Positions 1-9,466 of a stretch of DNA of 34,725 bases are shown here, piece after piece. A program made the translations under genes and the position numbers. This stretch comes from Candidatus Omnitrophota bacterium (GTDB lineage Bacteria > Omnitrophota > Gorgyraeia > Gygaellales > Profunditerraquicolaceae), in contig JAQUKF010000001.1 of NCBI GenBank assembly GCA_028719265.1, positions 6,463 to 41,187 on the forward strand. Reading direction: 5' to 3'. A model generated the notes under the pieces. It did no database searches. It worked only from the letters and a program-made list of their open reading frames with translations, and was not told where the DNA came from. Within the stretch, counting starts at the first letter, position 1. Each line of letters begins with the position of its first letter.

Positions 1-33
1 GATACCGCAGCATTTCTTTTCTTCGCATGCCAT
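1..33 (-). CDS. 5' end of an unidentified CDS running off the left edge (MACEEKKCCGI...)
   Basis: ATG at 33..31 is preceded by GGAGG (44..40) with a 6-nt spacer, just downstream of the acyltransferase stop. Only 11 codons are visible, so no product call is possible. Confidence 0.3.
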   Translation of the reverse strand, partial: MACEEKKCCGI

Positions 34-46
34 TGGAAACCTCCTT

Positions 47-958
47 CTAACCGGGCTTGCTTTTCCACCTGCGATGGATCCATCCCCATTCTGCAGGATA
101 TTTACGTATATAAGCTTCAATAATATCAGTAAGCCTCTGGATATTTAGCGAAATTGTATCCCTGGCGTCTTTTCCTTCTATTAATTCCAGTTCCGGTTCA
201 AAAATTATCTTATGCCTGTCCCCTTTCTGCCTTAGTATGAAACATGGGACAAGCGCCGCTTTGGTCCGCTGGGCAAGGACTACCGGGCCGGTAGCAGTCG
301 CGGCCTGCCTGCCAAAAAATTTTACAAATATTCCCCCGGTACCAAAATTCTGGTCAATAGGGATAAAGATAAGCTCGTTATTGCGCAGGGCGGCAATAGT
401 ATTATTCACGCATTCGTTCCTCGGCTGGCTGTAAATTGTACGCACGCCGTATGCCTTCCGCTTTTCGAAAAATATCTTTTCTACCTTTGCATCGTGCATC
501 GGCCTCATGATACCGCATGTTTTATATCCGGCCACGGCAAGGCGTCCCAGAAGAAGGGGGAAATTTCCAAAATGCGCGCTTACCAAGATCGCCCCTTTGC
601 CGCGTTTTAGCGCCGCATCTAGATTTTGCCGGCCCTGGATATCGACTTTCCCTTCCAGCATATGCGGCTTATCGAAGAAAAACATGAGCTCTACCCCGCT
701 TTTAGCCATATGCACAAAACAATCCCTGGCTATTTTCTCAAGTTCCCGGCTGGACTTTTCCTTGCCAAAAGCTATATGCAGGCTCTCCAGGGCTATTTTT
801 TTTTGCTTCGTTACAAAGAAATAGGCAAAAGAGGCAAGCCCGCTGGCAAACCTGTACAGGCAGGCTGCAGGGATGACCTTTACTATCAAAGAACATATTT
901 TTAACCCCGCCCTCGCCAGGAAATGGCTCAGGCCTTTGCGTATTTTTTTGGAATCCAT
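47..958 (-). CDS. Lysophospholipid/lipid A late acyltransferase (LpxL/HtrB family)
   Basis: 303-aa ORF with an N-terminal membrane anchor, an AHFGNF acyltransferase block and a C-terminal YPAEWGWIHRRWK tail typical of LpxL-family proteins. Confidence 0.7.
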   Translation of the reverse strand: MDSKKIRKGLSHFLARAGLKICSLIVKVIPAACLYRFASGLASFAYFFVTKQKKIALESLHIAFGKEKSSRELEKIARDCFVHMAKSGVELMFFFDKPHMLEGKVDIQGRQNLDAALKRGKGAILVSAHFGNFPLLLGRLAVAGYKTCGIMRPMHDAKVEKIFFEKRKAYGVRTIYSQPRNECVNNTIAALRNNELIFIPIDQNFGTGGIFVKFFGRQAATATGPVVLAQRTKAALVPCFILRQKGDRHKIIFEPELELIEGKDARDTISLNIQRLTDIIEAYIRKYPAEWGWIHRRWKSKPG

Positions 959-977
959 CTTATTTTTGAATTAAGCA

Positions 978-1005
978 ATTATAACAAACTGTCTTTAAAT
1001 TGCAA
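978..1005 (-). promoter_or_regulatory. Putative sigma70-type promoter for the acyltransferase gene
   Basis: Minus strand reads TTGCAA (1005..1000), a 16-nt spacer, then TATAAT (983..978). The ATG at 958 lies 19 nt downstream of the -10 and no SD is visible. Confidence 0.5.
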
Positions 1006-1012
1006 ATGAAAT

Positions 1013-1495
1013 TTAGAGTTTATAGCCGATTTTGCGCAGCAGGTCCTTGCGCCAGGCGATATCCGAAGTATCTTCCCTGCCTTTGGGGCTTGATCCGTCA
1101 ATCACACCCAATATTCCCCTGCCGGAACCGCTTTGGGCAATCAACACCTCCGTGGCGTTCGCCGTAGCGCAATAGATGCTGCAAACCTCCGGGATGTTCT
1201 TTATGGAATTCAGAACGTTAACCGGGTAGGCATCCTTGAGAAAGACTATAAAACTGTGCCCGCAACCTATTTCAAGAGCGTTCTTGCACGCCAATTCTTT
1301 AAGCTCCGCGTCATTGCCCTCGCAACGAACCTTGCAGGCACCGGAAGCCTCATTAAAGGCAATTCCGAATTTTGCCCCCGGGACATTAACCAGAGACTCG
1401 TAAAGATCCTCAACCGTTTTGATAAAATGCGCCTGGCCCAGGATAAAATTCAAATCATCGGGTTTATCTATCTTTACCGTCTTGAGCTCCAGCAT
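1013..1495 (-). CDS. Adenosine-specific kinase-like protein (PF04008/DUF355 family)
   Basis: Sequence pattern GQAHFIKTVEDL...PGAKFGIAFNEASG...GCGHSF...PVNVLN...ATANA recalled as this family. I place the start at ATG 1495 (MLELK), preceded by a G-rich SD (GGGGGG). The longer ORF-track start would overlap the upstream gene. Confidence 0.6.
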   Translation of the reverse strand: MLELKTVKIDKPDDLNFILGQAHFIKTVEDLYESLVNVPGAKFGIAFNEASGACKVRCEGNDAELKELACKNALEIGCGHSFIVFLKDAYPVNVLNSIKNIPEVCSIYCATANATEVLIAQSGSGRGILGVIDGSSPKGREDTSDIAWRKDLLRKIGYKL

Positions 1496-1508
1496 ATACC
1501 CCCCTTTT

Positions 1509-2903
1509 TTATCTATTGAGCTTGATTTTACGAAAACCCACCGCGTCAATAGGCAGGTTGCCGTGGAAGGCCTTGAGTGCCGTCAGGATATAATCCGGCT
1601 TGCCCAAAAGCTCAAGCGGGATCTTTATAATCAGGTACTTATTTCCAAATTCAAGCTCTACCCCGGAGTTAAGCACCCCCTTGCGGGCATTAAATACCCT
1701 CAGTTTCCTTCCCAAGGTCACAATGCGTATCTTGGGCATCGCGGCAAAAGCCGTATCCCTGCTGTAGCCAAAAGCATAAAGCAGCACGCCGAACCTGTTG
1801 CTAAGCCTCATGGCCTTATCCACGCGCACGACAAAATAACCGTCCTCCTGCGCGTAGCTGACCTGGCCGTCCCCCTCTACCTGCGCCACCTCTTCGCCGG
1901 AAACCTCTTTAAACATCCTGGATGCGCCAAAATAAGAAACAGGCTTATCTCCTTTTTCCTGCGCAGAAAGCTCCAGGACCGGGTAATCCCCAAACAGCTC
2001 GTTCTCCCTGGCAAAGGCAAGCAGATAAAAAGCGCTGGATTGCGTCTGACTCTTGTAAAACAATATCGTCTGGTATTTTTTGTCCAGTTCGTCGAAACCC
2101 AAATCAAACCTGGACCAGTCGATCTTCGAACCGATAAACTTATGCGGAGGATAAAGCTCAAGCTCCGGATGATAATGCCTGGGCTTTGGCCATCCCACGC
2201 AATGCACAAGATAAGGGTAAACCTTAGGAGGAAGAATCTTCCCTTCTAAATCGCTTAAGGCTACCTGGAGGAATAAATAGAACGACTTATGATCGACGTT
2301 CACATCCGCCGGGTGAGAAACAAATATCTTATTAGGTTTGTAATCCAGGATCTGCCTGGTCAAATCGTTCAAGATGCTTTCGCCGCAATACGGGGCGCCA
2401 TAAGAAGGATTGTTCTTATAAGGCACGCTGGATATACGGGTCAGGCGGTCGCGGAAAGGTTTATCTGTCTGCCAATAACGGCTGAATATATTGAATGTCC
2501 CGTAATCCGGATACCCCAAGAATACAAGGTTGTTTTCCGGCAGCCCCAGGAACTCCATAGCTTTTATCGATTCCTGCTGGCGTACCTTGCCCATATGCAC
2601 AAACTCTCCCTGGCGCATGGTTATTCTTTTTTCATAAACTATAAAAGCCAGTTCGTTATGGTCGCCGTTGGTCAGATAGACTATTTTTACCCGTGCGCCG
2701 GCCTCAAGAGCCTGCTGGATAACTCCGGCGCAGGCGATAGCTTCATCATCAGGATGCGGAGCCAGGATTAATACCCTGTCCTCCTCCGTGAAAGGCTCAA
2801 GGTCGGGCATTTTCGACCAATACGCCAAATCGGATTTATCGACGCTGGCGCATCCGGCAAGCAGAAAAAAAGACAACAGGGTAACTAATTTAAATTTACG
2901 CAT
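1509..2903 (-). CDS. PIG-L/LmbE-family deacetylase lipoprotein with an uncharacterised C-terminal domain of about 200 aa
   Basis: Signal peptide with lipobox LLAGC. PIG-L motifs LILAPHPDDEAIACAG and HPADVNVDH are present. I do not recognise the C-terminal half. Confidence 0.7.
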   Translation of the reverse strand: MRKFKLVTLLSFFLLAGCASVDKSDLAYWSKMPDLEPFTEEDRVLILAPHPDDEAIACAGVIQQALEAGARVKIVYLTNGDHNELAFIVYEKRITMRQGEFVHMGKVRQQESIKAMEFLGLPENNLVFLGYPDYGTFNIFSRYWQTDKPFRDRLTRISSVPYKNNPSYGAPYCGESILNDLTRQILDYKPNKIFVSHPADVNVDHKSFYLFLQVALSDLEGKILPPKVYPYLVHCVGWPKPRHYHPELELYPPHKFIGSKIDWSRFDLGFDELDKKYQTILFYKSQTQSSAFYLLAFARENELFGDYPVLELSAQEKGDKPVSYFGASRMFKEVSGEEVAQVEGDGQVSYAQEDGYFVVRVDKAMRLSNRFGVLLYAFGYSRDTAFAAMPKIRIVTLGRKLRVFNARKGVLNSGVELEFGNKYLIIKIPLELLGKPDYILTALKAFHGNLPIDAVGFRKIKLNR

Positions 2904-2909
2904 ACGGTT

Positions 2910-2937
2910 ATTTTATCATCTGGCTAGGAATAGTCAA
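2910..2937 (-). promoter_or_regulatory. Putative promoter of the PIG-L gene, positioned for a leaderless transcript
   Basis: Minus strand reads TTGACT (2937..2932), a 16-nt spacer, TAAAAT (2915..2910), then AACCGT, then ATG (2903). No SD. Confidence 0.5.
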
Positions 2938-2963
2938 GGTAATGCGGTTCTAAGGTGAAATAA

Positions 2964-2992
2964 TTTGCAAAAACCCGCGCTTATTATACAAT
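2964..2992 (+). promoter_or_regulatory. Putative promoter of the CDF transporter gene, positioned for a leaderless transcript
   Basis: TTGCAA (2965-2970), a 16-nt spacer, TACAAT (2987-2992), then ATTCTC, then ATG (2999). No SD. Confidence 0.5.
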
Positions 2993-2998
2993 ATTCTC

Positions 2999-3883
2999 AT
3001 GACGGCCGATATCCGCAATCATTATCATAAGATCAGAAAGATCCTGCTGGTCATACTTGTCTTAAACTGGCTGATAGCCTTGGCTAAGATCATCTACGGC
3101 TTAACCAGCCGCTGTTCGAGTATGGCTGCCGACGGTTTCCATTCTCTTTCTGACGGGACAAGCAATCTCATCGGCCTGCTGGGTATCCATTTCGCCTGTC
3201 AACCGGTAGATAAAGACCACCCGTACGGACACAAGAAATACGAAACTTTTTTCTCCCTGATCATCTCCGTTATGCTTTTTATTGTCGCTTTCAACCTGAT
3301 CAGGGAAGGGTGGATCCGCCTGTTCAATCCCATCCTGCCCCGGGTCGATATAAGCAGCTTCGCGGTCATGCTCGTTACTTTAATGGCCAATATCTGGATA
3401 ATGCGTTACGAATACAAAAAAGGCAGGGAGTTAAAGAGCGACATCCTGATTTCCGATTCCATGCATACCAGGACGGATATCTTCATATCCTTTTCGGTAA
3501 TCGGCTCTCTTGTTGCGATAAAATCCGGGCTATCCATAGTTGACCCGCTGATAACAATGCTCATATCCTTATTTATCGGTTTTACCGCTTTTGAAATAGC
3601 CAAGCGGGGATCCGATGTCCTTTGCGACACGGCGGTCTTCCTCGATGACCGCAAGATCACGGATATCGTTTTAAAAACCAAAGGGGTGCGCGCCTGCCAT
3701 AAAATACGCAGCCGCGGCAGGATCGATGACATACATATTGACCTGCATGTCCAGGTAAACCCAAACATGCACATAGACGATGCCCACCAAATAAGCTACC
3801 AGATTGAAAAAGCAATAAAATCCTCCATATCCGGCATAACCGATGTGGTTGTGCACATGGAACCCCTGGAAAAGAATAAATAA
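2999..3883 (+). CDS. Cation diffusion facilitator (CDF) family metal efflux transporter
   Basis: Six predicted TM helices, HSLSD (TM2) and HTRTD (TM5) metal-site motifs, and a C-terminal cytoplasmic domain with His/Asp-rich HIDLHV...HMHIDDAH. Confidence 0.85.
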   Translation: MTADIRNHYHKIRKILLVILVLNWLIALAKIIYGLTSRCSSMAADGFHSLSDGTSNLIGLLGIHFACQPVDKDHPYGHKKYETFFSLIISVMLFIVAFNLIREGWIRLFNPILPRVDISSFAVMLVTLMANIWIMRYEYKKGRELKSDILISDSMHTRTDIFISFSVIGSLVAIKSGLSIVDPLITMLISLFIGFTAFEIAKRGSDVLCDTAVFLDDRKITDIVLKTKGVRACHKIRSRGRIDDIHIDLHVQVNPNMHIDDAHQISYQIEKAIKSSISGITDVVVHMEPLEKNK

Positions 3884-5377
3884 TTAGAAAGGACGCGCGG
3901 CGAGGCGCTTTCTGGAATAAATTACTGCGGAGTAAATCTCAAATGACAGACAGAGAAGGATAAATATATCCCCGTAATGGTTATAAACCGTACGCCCCTG
4001 AGAAAGCAAACAAAGATTCTTGCTATTGTACCCCCTGACAAAAATCTGCCTGCCGCTTCTATCCTGGACCGTCGAAGAAAGCCTGCCGCAGGGGTCGATA
4101 AATCCGGATATCCCGGTATTGGCTGAACGCACAAGATTCACGCGGTTCTCCACCGCCCTGAAAACCGAAGCCGCAAGATGCTGGTAAGGCGCGCTACTCT
4201 TTTTATACCAGGCATCGTTAGTAATATTCACCAGGAACCTAGCCCCCTTCTTCACAAATTCCCGGGACAGCTCCGGAAAAAGGTCTTCAAAACAGATAAG
4301 CACGGAAAAATCCGCCGGACTGGCAAAAACAACCGGCTCCCTACCCGGTTCTATGTCCCCGATAGGGGCGATTGAACGTAAAAAGGGAAAAACATCCTTG
4401 AGCGGCACGAATTCCCCGAAAGGCACCAGGTGGATTTTGTTATATATCTTTTCCGGCTGGCCGAACTTATCTACAAACAGGGCACTGTTAAAATAAGAAA
4501 CGCCTAACCGGGAAAGCGATCCCACCAATAAAGCAGTCTTTAAGTCTTTAGCCAAAGAAAAGATCCTGCGGAACTGCGTATCGGAAAAACGATCACCCCA
4601 GACAAACGGTACAGAGGCCTCCGGCCAAATGATCAATCCCGGATTATCCTCCCCCGCGGCCTTGCGGCTCAATTCCAGATAATCATCCAATATGCCGGAT
4701 GCCGACCCTTTATCCCATTTCAACTCCTGGGGGATATTCCCCTGTATCACAGAAACCTTAAGCCATTCTTTGTCCATGCGCAATTCCGGCCTATGGCTCA
4801 ACCTGTAGAAACCGTACCCCGCAGACAGGAATAATATAGAAAGGCAGATAAGAAGATCCGTTTTTTTCAGGCGCCTGCGGAGGGAAAAATATATTCCGGC
4901 ATTAACCATGATTACCAGAAAAGAAACCCCCCAGGAACCGGTTATATCTGAAATCTGGATAAGCGCAAGGTTCCTGTATTGCGAGAGCCCCATTAACGCC
5001 CAGGGAAAACCTGTAAATAAATAGCTGCGCAGGTACTCCAGCAATACCCAGCTGGCGGGGATAAAAAACAATGAAACCCGGACAGGATAAGAACGACAGA
5101 GGTAAACCAGACAGCCGAAGAGTCCGGAATAAAGCGCAAGGTAAAGGATCAAGATCGCCTGACCGAGGAGGGTAACATGCACAAGCCAGTATATGGTTAT
5201 TACCCAGAAAATTACTCCCCATAGATAAGCAACGAAAAATGATCTAAGCACTGAACCATTCTCCAGGGAAATAAGCAAGGGGATAAAGCCAACCCAGGCA
5301 AGCAGCCAAAGGTTGAAACTGGAGAACGAAAGGGACAATAGGACCGCAGATAAAACAGAAAGGATAACCGGGGTCAT
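3884..5377 (-). CDS. lnt: Apolipoprotein N-acyltransferase
   Basis: Polytopic N-terminus plus a CN-hydrolase domain ([17 protein letters not shown] catalytic Cys block). The preferred start is ATG 5377, which forms an ATGA overlap with the secA stop. An alternative start lies at 5389. Confidence 0.85.
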   Translation of the reverse strand: MTPVILSVLSAVLLSLSFSSFNLWLLAWVGFIPLLISLENGSVLRSFFVAYLWGVIFWVITIYWLVHVTLLGQAILILYLALYSGLFGCLVYLCRSYPVRVSLFFIPASWVLLEYLRSYLFTGFPWALMGLSQYRNLALIQISDITGSWGVSFLVIMVNAGIYFSLRRRLKKTDLLICLSILFLSAGYGFYRLSHRPELRMDKEWLKVSVIQGNIPQELKWDKGSASGILDDYLELSRKAAGEDNPGLIIWPEASVPFVWGDRFSDTQFRRIFSLAKDLKTALLVGSLSRLGVSYFNSALFVDKFGQPEKIYNKIHLVPFGEFVPLKDVFPFLRSIAPIGDIEPGREPVVFASPADFSVLICFEDLFPELSREFVKKGARFLVNITNDAWYKKSSAPYQHLAASVFRAVENRVNLVRSANTGISGFIDPCGRLSSTVQDRSGRQIFVRGYNSKNLCLLSQGRTVYNHYGDIFILLCLSFEIYSAVIYSRKRLAARPF

Positions 5378-8298
5378 TTTCCGCAACACTTCTTGTACTT
5401 TTTCCCTGAACCGCAGGGACAGGGATCATTACGCCCAACCTTGGCATGCTGCGGTCTTACGGTCTTAGCCGTTGGGTCGGCCTTCTGTAAAACAGGATCG
5501 GGCTGAGATGCATTAGCCTCTGCCGGCGGCTGGAAGTTAACGGCCTCCGGGTGAGAAAGCTCCTGGGGAACAGAGCTAAAGACACCCCTGAATCTGTCGG
5601 GCCTGGCAGGCTGTAACTTAAAGATATTCTCTACCGCCTCCTCCTCTATACTGCTTATCATCTGGCCGAACATTTCAAAAGCCTCCCGCTTGTATTCAAT
5701 CAGGGGGTCGCGTTGGCCGTAGGCCCGCAGGCCTATGCCTTCCCTCAAGCTGTCCATAGCGTATAGATGGTCCTTCCACTTGCTGTCTATGATCTGCAGA
5801 AAAACCATGCCTTCCAGGCTACGCATCAATTCTGGACCGATCTCTTTCTCTTTGCTTTCGTAAGCCTTGAACAACTCCGCATACAATCTTTCCTTGATCT
5901 CCGCCTCGCCTAATCCTTCAAACCCCTGCGTATCCAGCTCTAAACCAAATTTAAGAGAAATGGCGTTTATAAGGCCCGGGACATCTATCGTCAATGAATC
6001 CTGTTGTTTATAAACCGGCAATGCCGCTTCGATAAGTTTATTTATGATCCCGGCGATATTATCTTTTAAAGAAAGACCTTCCAGTATCTGGCTGCGCTGG
6101 CCATAGATGATCTCCCTCTGTTTGTTCATTACATTATCGTACTCCAGGAGCTGTTTTCTGATTTCAAAATTATGCTGCTCAACCCGGCGCTGGGCAATTT
6201 CTATGGAACCGGTAACCCAGGGATGTTCGATCACCTGTCCCTCCTCCAGCCCTAATCTATCCATCAACCCGATAATCCTGTCCGAGCCGAACAGGCGCAT
6301 GAGGTCATCTCCCAAGGAAACATAAAAACGTGAAGAGCCGGGATCACCCTGCCTGCCGCTCCTTCCGCGCAGCTGGTTATCTATACGCCTGGCCTCATGA
6401 CGCTCTGTACCCAAAACATGCAAACCTCCCAGATCCACCACCCTTTTGTGCTCTACCGCGCACTCCGAACGATATCTCTCGAGCATCAACCTGTATTCAT
6501 CCTGGTAGTTTTGGTCTTCCGGATTTAATTTCTGCTTGGCCACGTTCCTGGCGATCGATTCCGGATTACCCCCCAGAAGAATATCCGTGCCGCGTCCGGC
6601 CATATTAGTGGCAATGGTCACTCCTTTATACCTGCCCGCCTGGGCGATGATCTCGGCCTCAAGTTTGTGATATTTGGCGTTCAATACCTGGTGCGGAACC
6701 CCCTTACGCTTGAGCATCTCGGAAAGCGTCTCGGATTTATCAATGGTAATAGTCCCTACCAATACGGGTTTGCCGGCGTTGTACAACTCAACAATTTCTT
6801 CGACCACGGCCGCAAACTTTTCTTCTTCCGTCTTATAAATACGGTCGGGGTAATTCTTGCGCACCAGCGGACGATTCGTCGGCAAAACAACCACGTCCAA
6901 CTGGTATATATTCCTGAACTCGTTGGCTTCGGTGAAAGCGGTACCGGTCATCCCGGCCAGCTTCTCGTACATCCGGAAGTAATTCTGGAAGGTTATCGTG
7001 GCCAATGTCTGGTTTTCCCGTTCGATCTTTAACCCTTCCTTGGATTCAACTGCCTGGTGTAATCCGTCCGACCAGCGCCTTCCGGGCATAAGCCTGCCGG
7101 TAAATTCATCAACAATGATCACCTGCCCGTCCTTAACCACATAATCTACATCCCGCTGGAAAAATTCCTTGGCCCGTAAAGCCTGAATGGTATGATGCCG
7201 GTATTCTATTGTTTCCAGGGTATGCAGGCTCTCTACCCCCCAGGACTTGGCCGCTTTAACTTCGCCGTCTTCGGTAAGCGCGACGGTCTGGGCTTTCTCA
7301 TCCGCGATATAATCGAACCCTTGCCCCAGATCCACGCCTTTATATTTTGCGTCGATCTCGTCCTTTTCGGTAACCCGGCGGCCGGTTAATCCGCTCACGA
7401 TCCTCTTGGCAGTGTAATATTTTTCGGTGGATTCCTCGGCAGGACCGGAGATTATCAGGGGGGTGCGCGCCTCATCGATCAAGATCGAATCCACCTCGTC
7501 CACAATGGCATAATAAAACGGCCGCTGTACCAGTTCCTGGGTAGAATATTTCATGTTGTCGCGCAGATAATCAAAACCGAATTCGTTGTTTGTCCCATAG
7601 GTTATATCGCAGGAATAGGCGAATTTCCTTTCTTCATCGGGCATATCATGCTGGATAGCTCCGACGGATAACCCCAGGAATTCAAAGACCGGCCCCATCC
7701 ATTCCCGGTCGCGGCGGGCAAGGTAATCGTTGACCGTAACGATATGCACTCCCCTGCCTAACAGGGCGTTCAGGTAGGCGGGCAAGGTGGCAACCAGGGT
7801 CTTGCCTTCTCCCGTGGACATTTCGGCGATCCTCCCTTCATGGAGGATTATCCCGCCGGCGATCTGCACATCAAAATGCCTTAACCCGATAGTTCGCCTG
7901 GAGGCCTCCCTGACTACGGCGAAGGCCTCGGGCAATACATCTTCAAATATCCTGTTGCGGCTGAGCTTAAGCTTCTCTTTCAATTTTTCTTTTTCTTCCG
8001 GAATGGCCACCGAAAACATCGCCTGCTGCAGGACCTCCAGCTCTTGCTCCACCTGGGCGGATTTATCCTTTAGGCGTCCCCTGAATTCGTCTGTCTTGGC
8101 GCGCAATTCGGCGTCGGTAAACCGGCTTACCCTGGGTTCAAGAGAATTCACCAGGTTGACCAGCCTGGCCAGCTCAACCATCTTGTTCATCGAAGGGCTG
8201 GGCATCTCCGGATGCAGGGTAATCCCTACCCCCGGAAACCTCCTTCTGATCGTTTCCTGTTTGTTCTTAAGGATAATTTTCTTTAACAATCCCAGCAT
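5374..8298 (-). CDS. secA: Preprotein translocase ATPase SecA
   Basis: 974 aa with MSTGEGKTL Walker [30 protein letters not shown], and the C-terminal zinc motif [14 protein letters not shown]. Confidence 0.97.
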   Translation of the reverse strand: MLGLLKKIILKNKQETIRRRFPGVGITLHPEMPSPSMNKMVELARLVNLVNSLEPRVSRFTDAELRAKTDEFRGRLKDKSAQVEQELEVLQQAMFSVAIPEEKEKLKEKLKLSRNRIFEDVLPEAFAVVREASRRTIGLRHFDVQIAGGIILHEGRIAEMSTGEGKTLVATLPAYLNALLGRGVHIVTVNDYLARRDREWMGPVFEFLGLSVGAIQHDMPDEERKFAYSCDITYGTNNEFGFDYLRDNMKYSTQELVQRPFYYAIVDEVDSILIDEARTPLIISGPAEESTEKYYTAKRIVSGLTGRRVTEKDEIDAKYKGVDLGQGFDYIADEKAQTVALTEDGEVKAAKSWGVESLHTLETIEYRHHTIQALRAKEFFQRDVDYVVKDGQVIIVDEFTGRLMPGRRWSDGLHQAVESKEGLKIERENQTLATITFQNYFRMYEKLAGMTGTAFTEANEFRNIYQLDVVVLPTNRPLVRKNYPDRIYKTEEEKFAAVVEEIVELYNAGKPVLVGTITIDKSETLSEMLKRKGVPHQVLNAKYHKLEAEIIAQAGRYKGVTIATNMAGRGTDILLGGNPESIARNVAKQKLNPEDQNYQDEYRLMLERYRSECAVEHKRVVDLGGLHVLGTERHEARRIDNQLRGRSGRQGDPGSSRFYVSLGDDLMRLFGSDRIIGLMDRLGLEEGQVIEHPWVTGSIEIAQRRVEQHNFEIRKQLLEYDNVMNKQREIIYGQRSQILEGLSLKDNIAGIINKLIEAALPVYKQQDSLTIDVPGLINAISLKFGLELDTQGFEGLGEAEIKERLYAELFKAYESKEKEIGPELMRSLEGMVFLQIIDSKWKDHLYAMDSLREGIGLRAYGQRDPLIEYKREAFEMFGQMISSIEEEAVENIFKLQPARPDRFRGVFSSVPQELSHPEAVNFQPPAEANASQPDPVLQKADPTAKTVRPQHAKVGRNDPCPCGSGKKYKKCCGK

Positions 8299-8310
8299 AT
8301 TATTTTAAGT

Positions 8311-9421
8311 TTAACGCAAGCTTTGCCTGGTGGCGTTTAACTTCAGGAAGGACTCGATAAAATCATCCAATCCTCCATCCAGCACTTTAGCGCTGTCTCC
8401 GGTTTCAAAATCCGTACGGTGATCTTTGACCAAATTATAAGGATGCAAGACATAAGAACGGATCTGGCTACCCCACTCGATCTTCTTTTTATCCAAATCC
8501 TGTTGTTTCAGTTCCGCATCCCTTTTTTCCTGCTGTGCCTCGTAAATGCGCGCCTTCAGTATCTTCAAGGCAGTCTGCTTGTTCTGATGCTGAGAGCGCT
8601 CGTTCTGGCACTGCGCTACAATTCCCGTAGGAATATGAGTAATCCTCACCGCCGAATCCGTGGTATTTACGCTCTGCCCGCCGGCGCCTTTGGACCGGTA
8701 AACGTCCACGCGCAAATCCTTTTCTTCCAGCTTGATATCCAAATCTTCTTCTATTTCTGGGATCACATCGACCGAGGCAAAAGAGGTATGCCTGCGCTTG
8801 TTGGCGTCAAAAGGGGAAATACGTACAAGCCTATGCACCCCGCGTTCCGTCTTAAGATAACCATAGGCGTAATCCCCTTCGATCAGAACGGTTACATTTT
8901 TTATCCCGGCTTCTTCCCCGGGCAGGATATCGATAACTCTGACGTTATAGCCGTGGCTGCCCGCGAATCGGCTGTACATACGCAGGAGCATTCCCGCCCA
9001 ATCACAAGATTCCGTGCCTCCGGCCCCGGCATTAATACTGAGGATGGCGCTGTTCTTGTCCAGCGGCCCTCCCAAGAGCACCTGGAATTCCAGCTTATCC
9101 GTTATCACCAAAAGACCGTCAATATTATTCTTGAGATCCAGGAGCATCTGGCGGTCATCTTCTTTAAGCAACGGGAAGATCTCTGCGAGATCCCGGTATT
9201 TACTGTAGGCCATATCCCAGGGCTCGACTGTCGCCTTTAATATCTTCAGCTCTTTAACGATCTTCTTCGGCCGGTCCGTATTATCCCAGAAGTCCGCTGC
9301 GGACATCTGTCCGGATAGGGTGTCTATCTGTTGTTTTTTGTTTTCAACGTCAAAGATAACCTCTTAAATTTTCGAGTTTTTGCCCAAGATTATCCAAACT
9401 TGTTTTAATTTCTTCAAACAT
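8311..9421 (-). CDS. prfB: Peptide chain release factor 2, expressed through a programmed +1 frameshift
   Basis: The main ORF has the SPF (RISPFD) and GGQ (GAGGQSVN) motifs. A 23-codon frame-0 leader (MFEEIKTSLDNLGQKLENLRGYL) starts at ATG 9421 with GGAG 6 nt upstream and ends at CTT TGA C. Shifting +1 at 9352 joins it in frame to DVENKKQQIDTLSGQMSAADFW... Confidence 0.95.
9349..9364 (-). promoter_or_regulatory. prfB +1 ribosomal frameshift cassette
   Basis: Minus strand reads AGAGGT TAT CTT TGA C. This is an internal SD-like element, a 3-nt spacer, the slippery CUU, then UGA followed by C, matching the classical RF2 autoregulatory site. Confidence 0.9.
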
Positions 9422-9466
9422 ACATATCTCCTTATCTAACCCGCATCTTGCCTGAAAAAAACCGGT

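Noticed and set aside
1419-2249. 276-aa plus-strand ORF antisense to the PIG-L gene. Similar long antisense ORFs lie at 7787-8308, 8419-9240, 10229-10909, 11131-11673, 21398-22129, 22381-23094, 25867-26478 and 33730-34368.
   Set aside because: Each lies fully inside a confidently identified gene on the other strand. They have low-complexity, Arg/Leu/Ser/Pro-rich translations with no recognisable motifs, and they lack SDs or promoters. This is the expected by-product of codon-biased genes lacking stop codons on the antisense strand.
3881-3886. Convergent CDF and lnt stop codons abut with zero intergenic bases.
   Set aside because: This is real but only another sign of genome compaction. No additional element can be encoded there.
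9350-9352. In-frame TGA near the 5' end of prfB, which could be read as a pseudogene or a truncated gene.
   Set aside because: The context AGAGGT-TAT-CTT-TGA-C is the textbook RF2 +1 frameshift site, and the +1 frame continues into an intact RF2.
9440-9466. Palindrome AAACCGGTTT plus a T-run after the pilT stop, considered as a terminator.
   Set aside because: It is self-complementary with no loop, and the stem is too short and AT-rich to be a credible intrinsic terminator.
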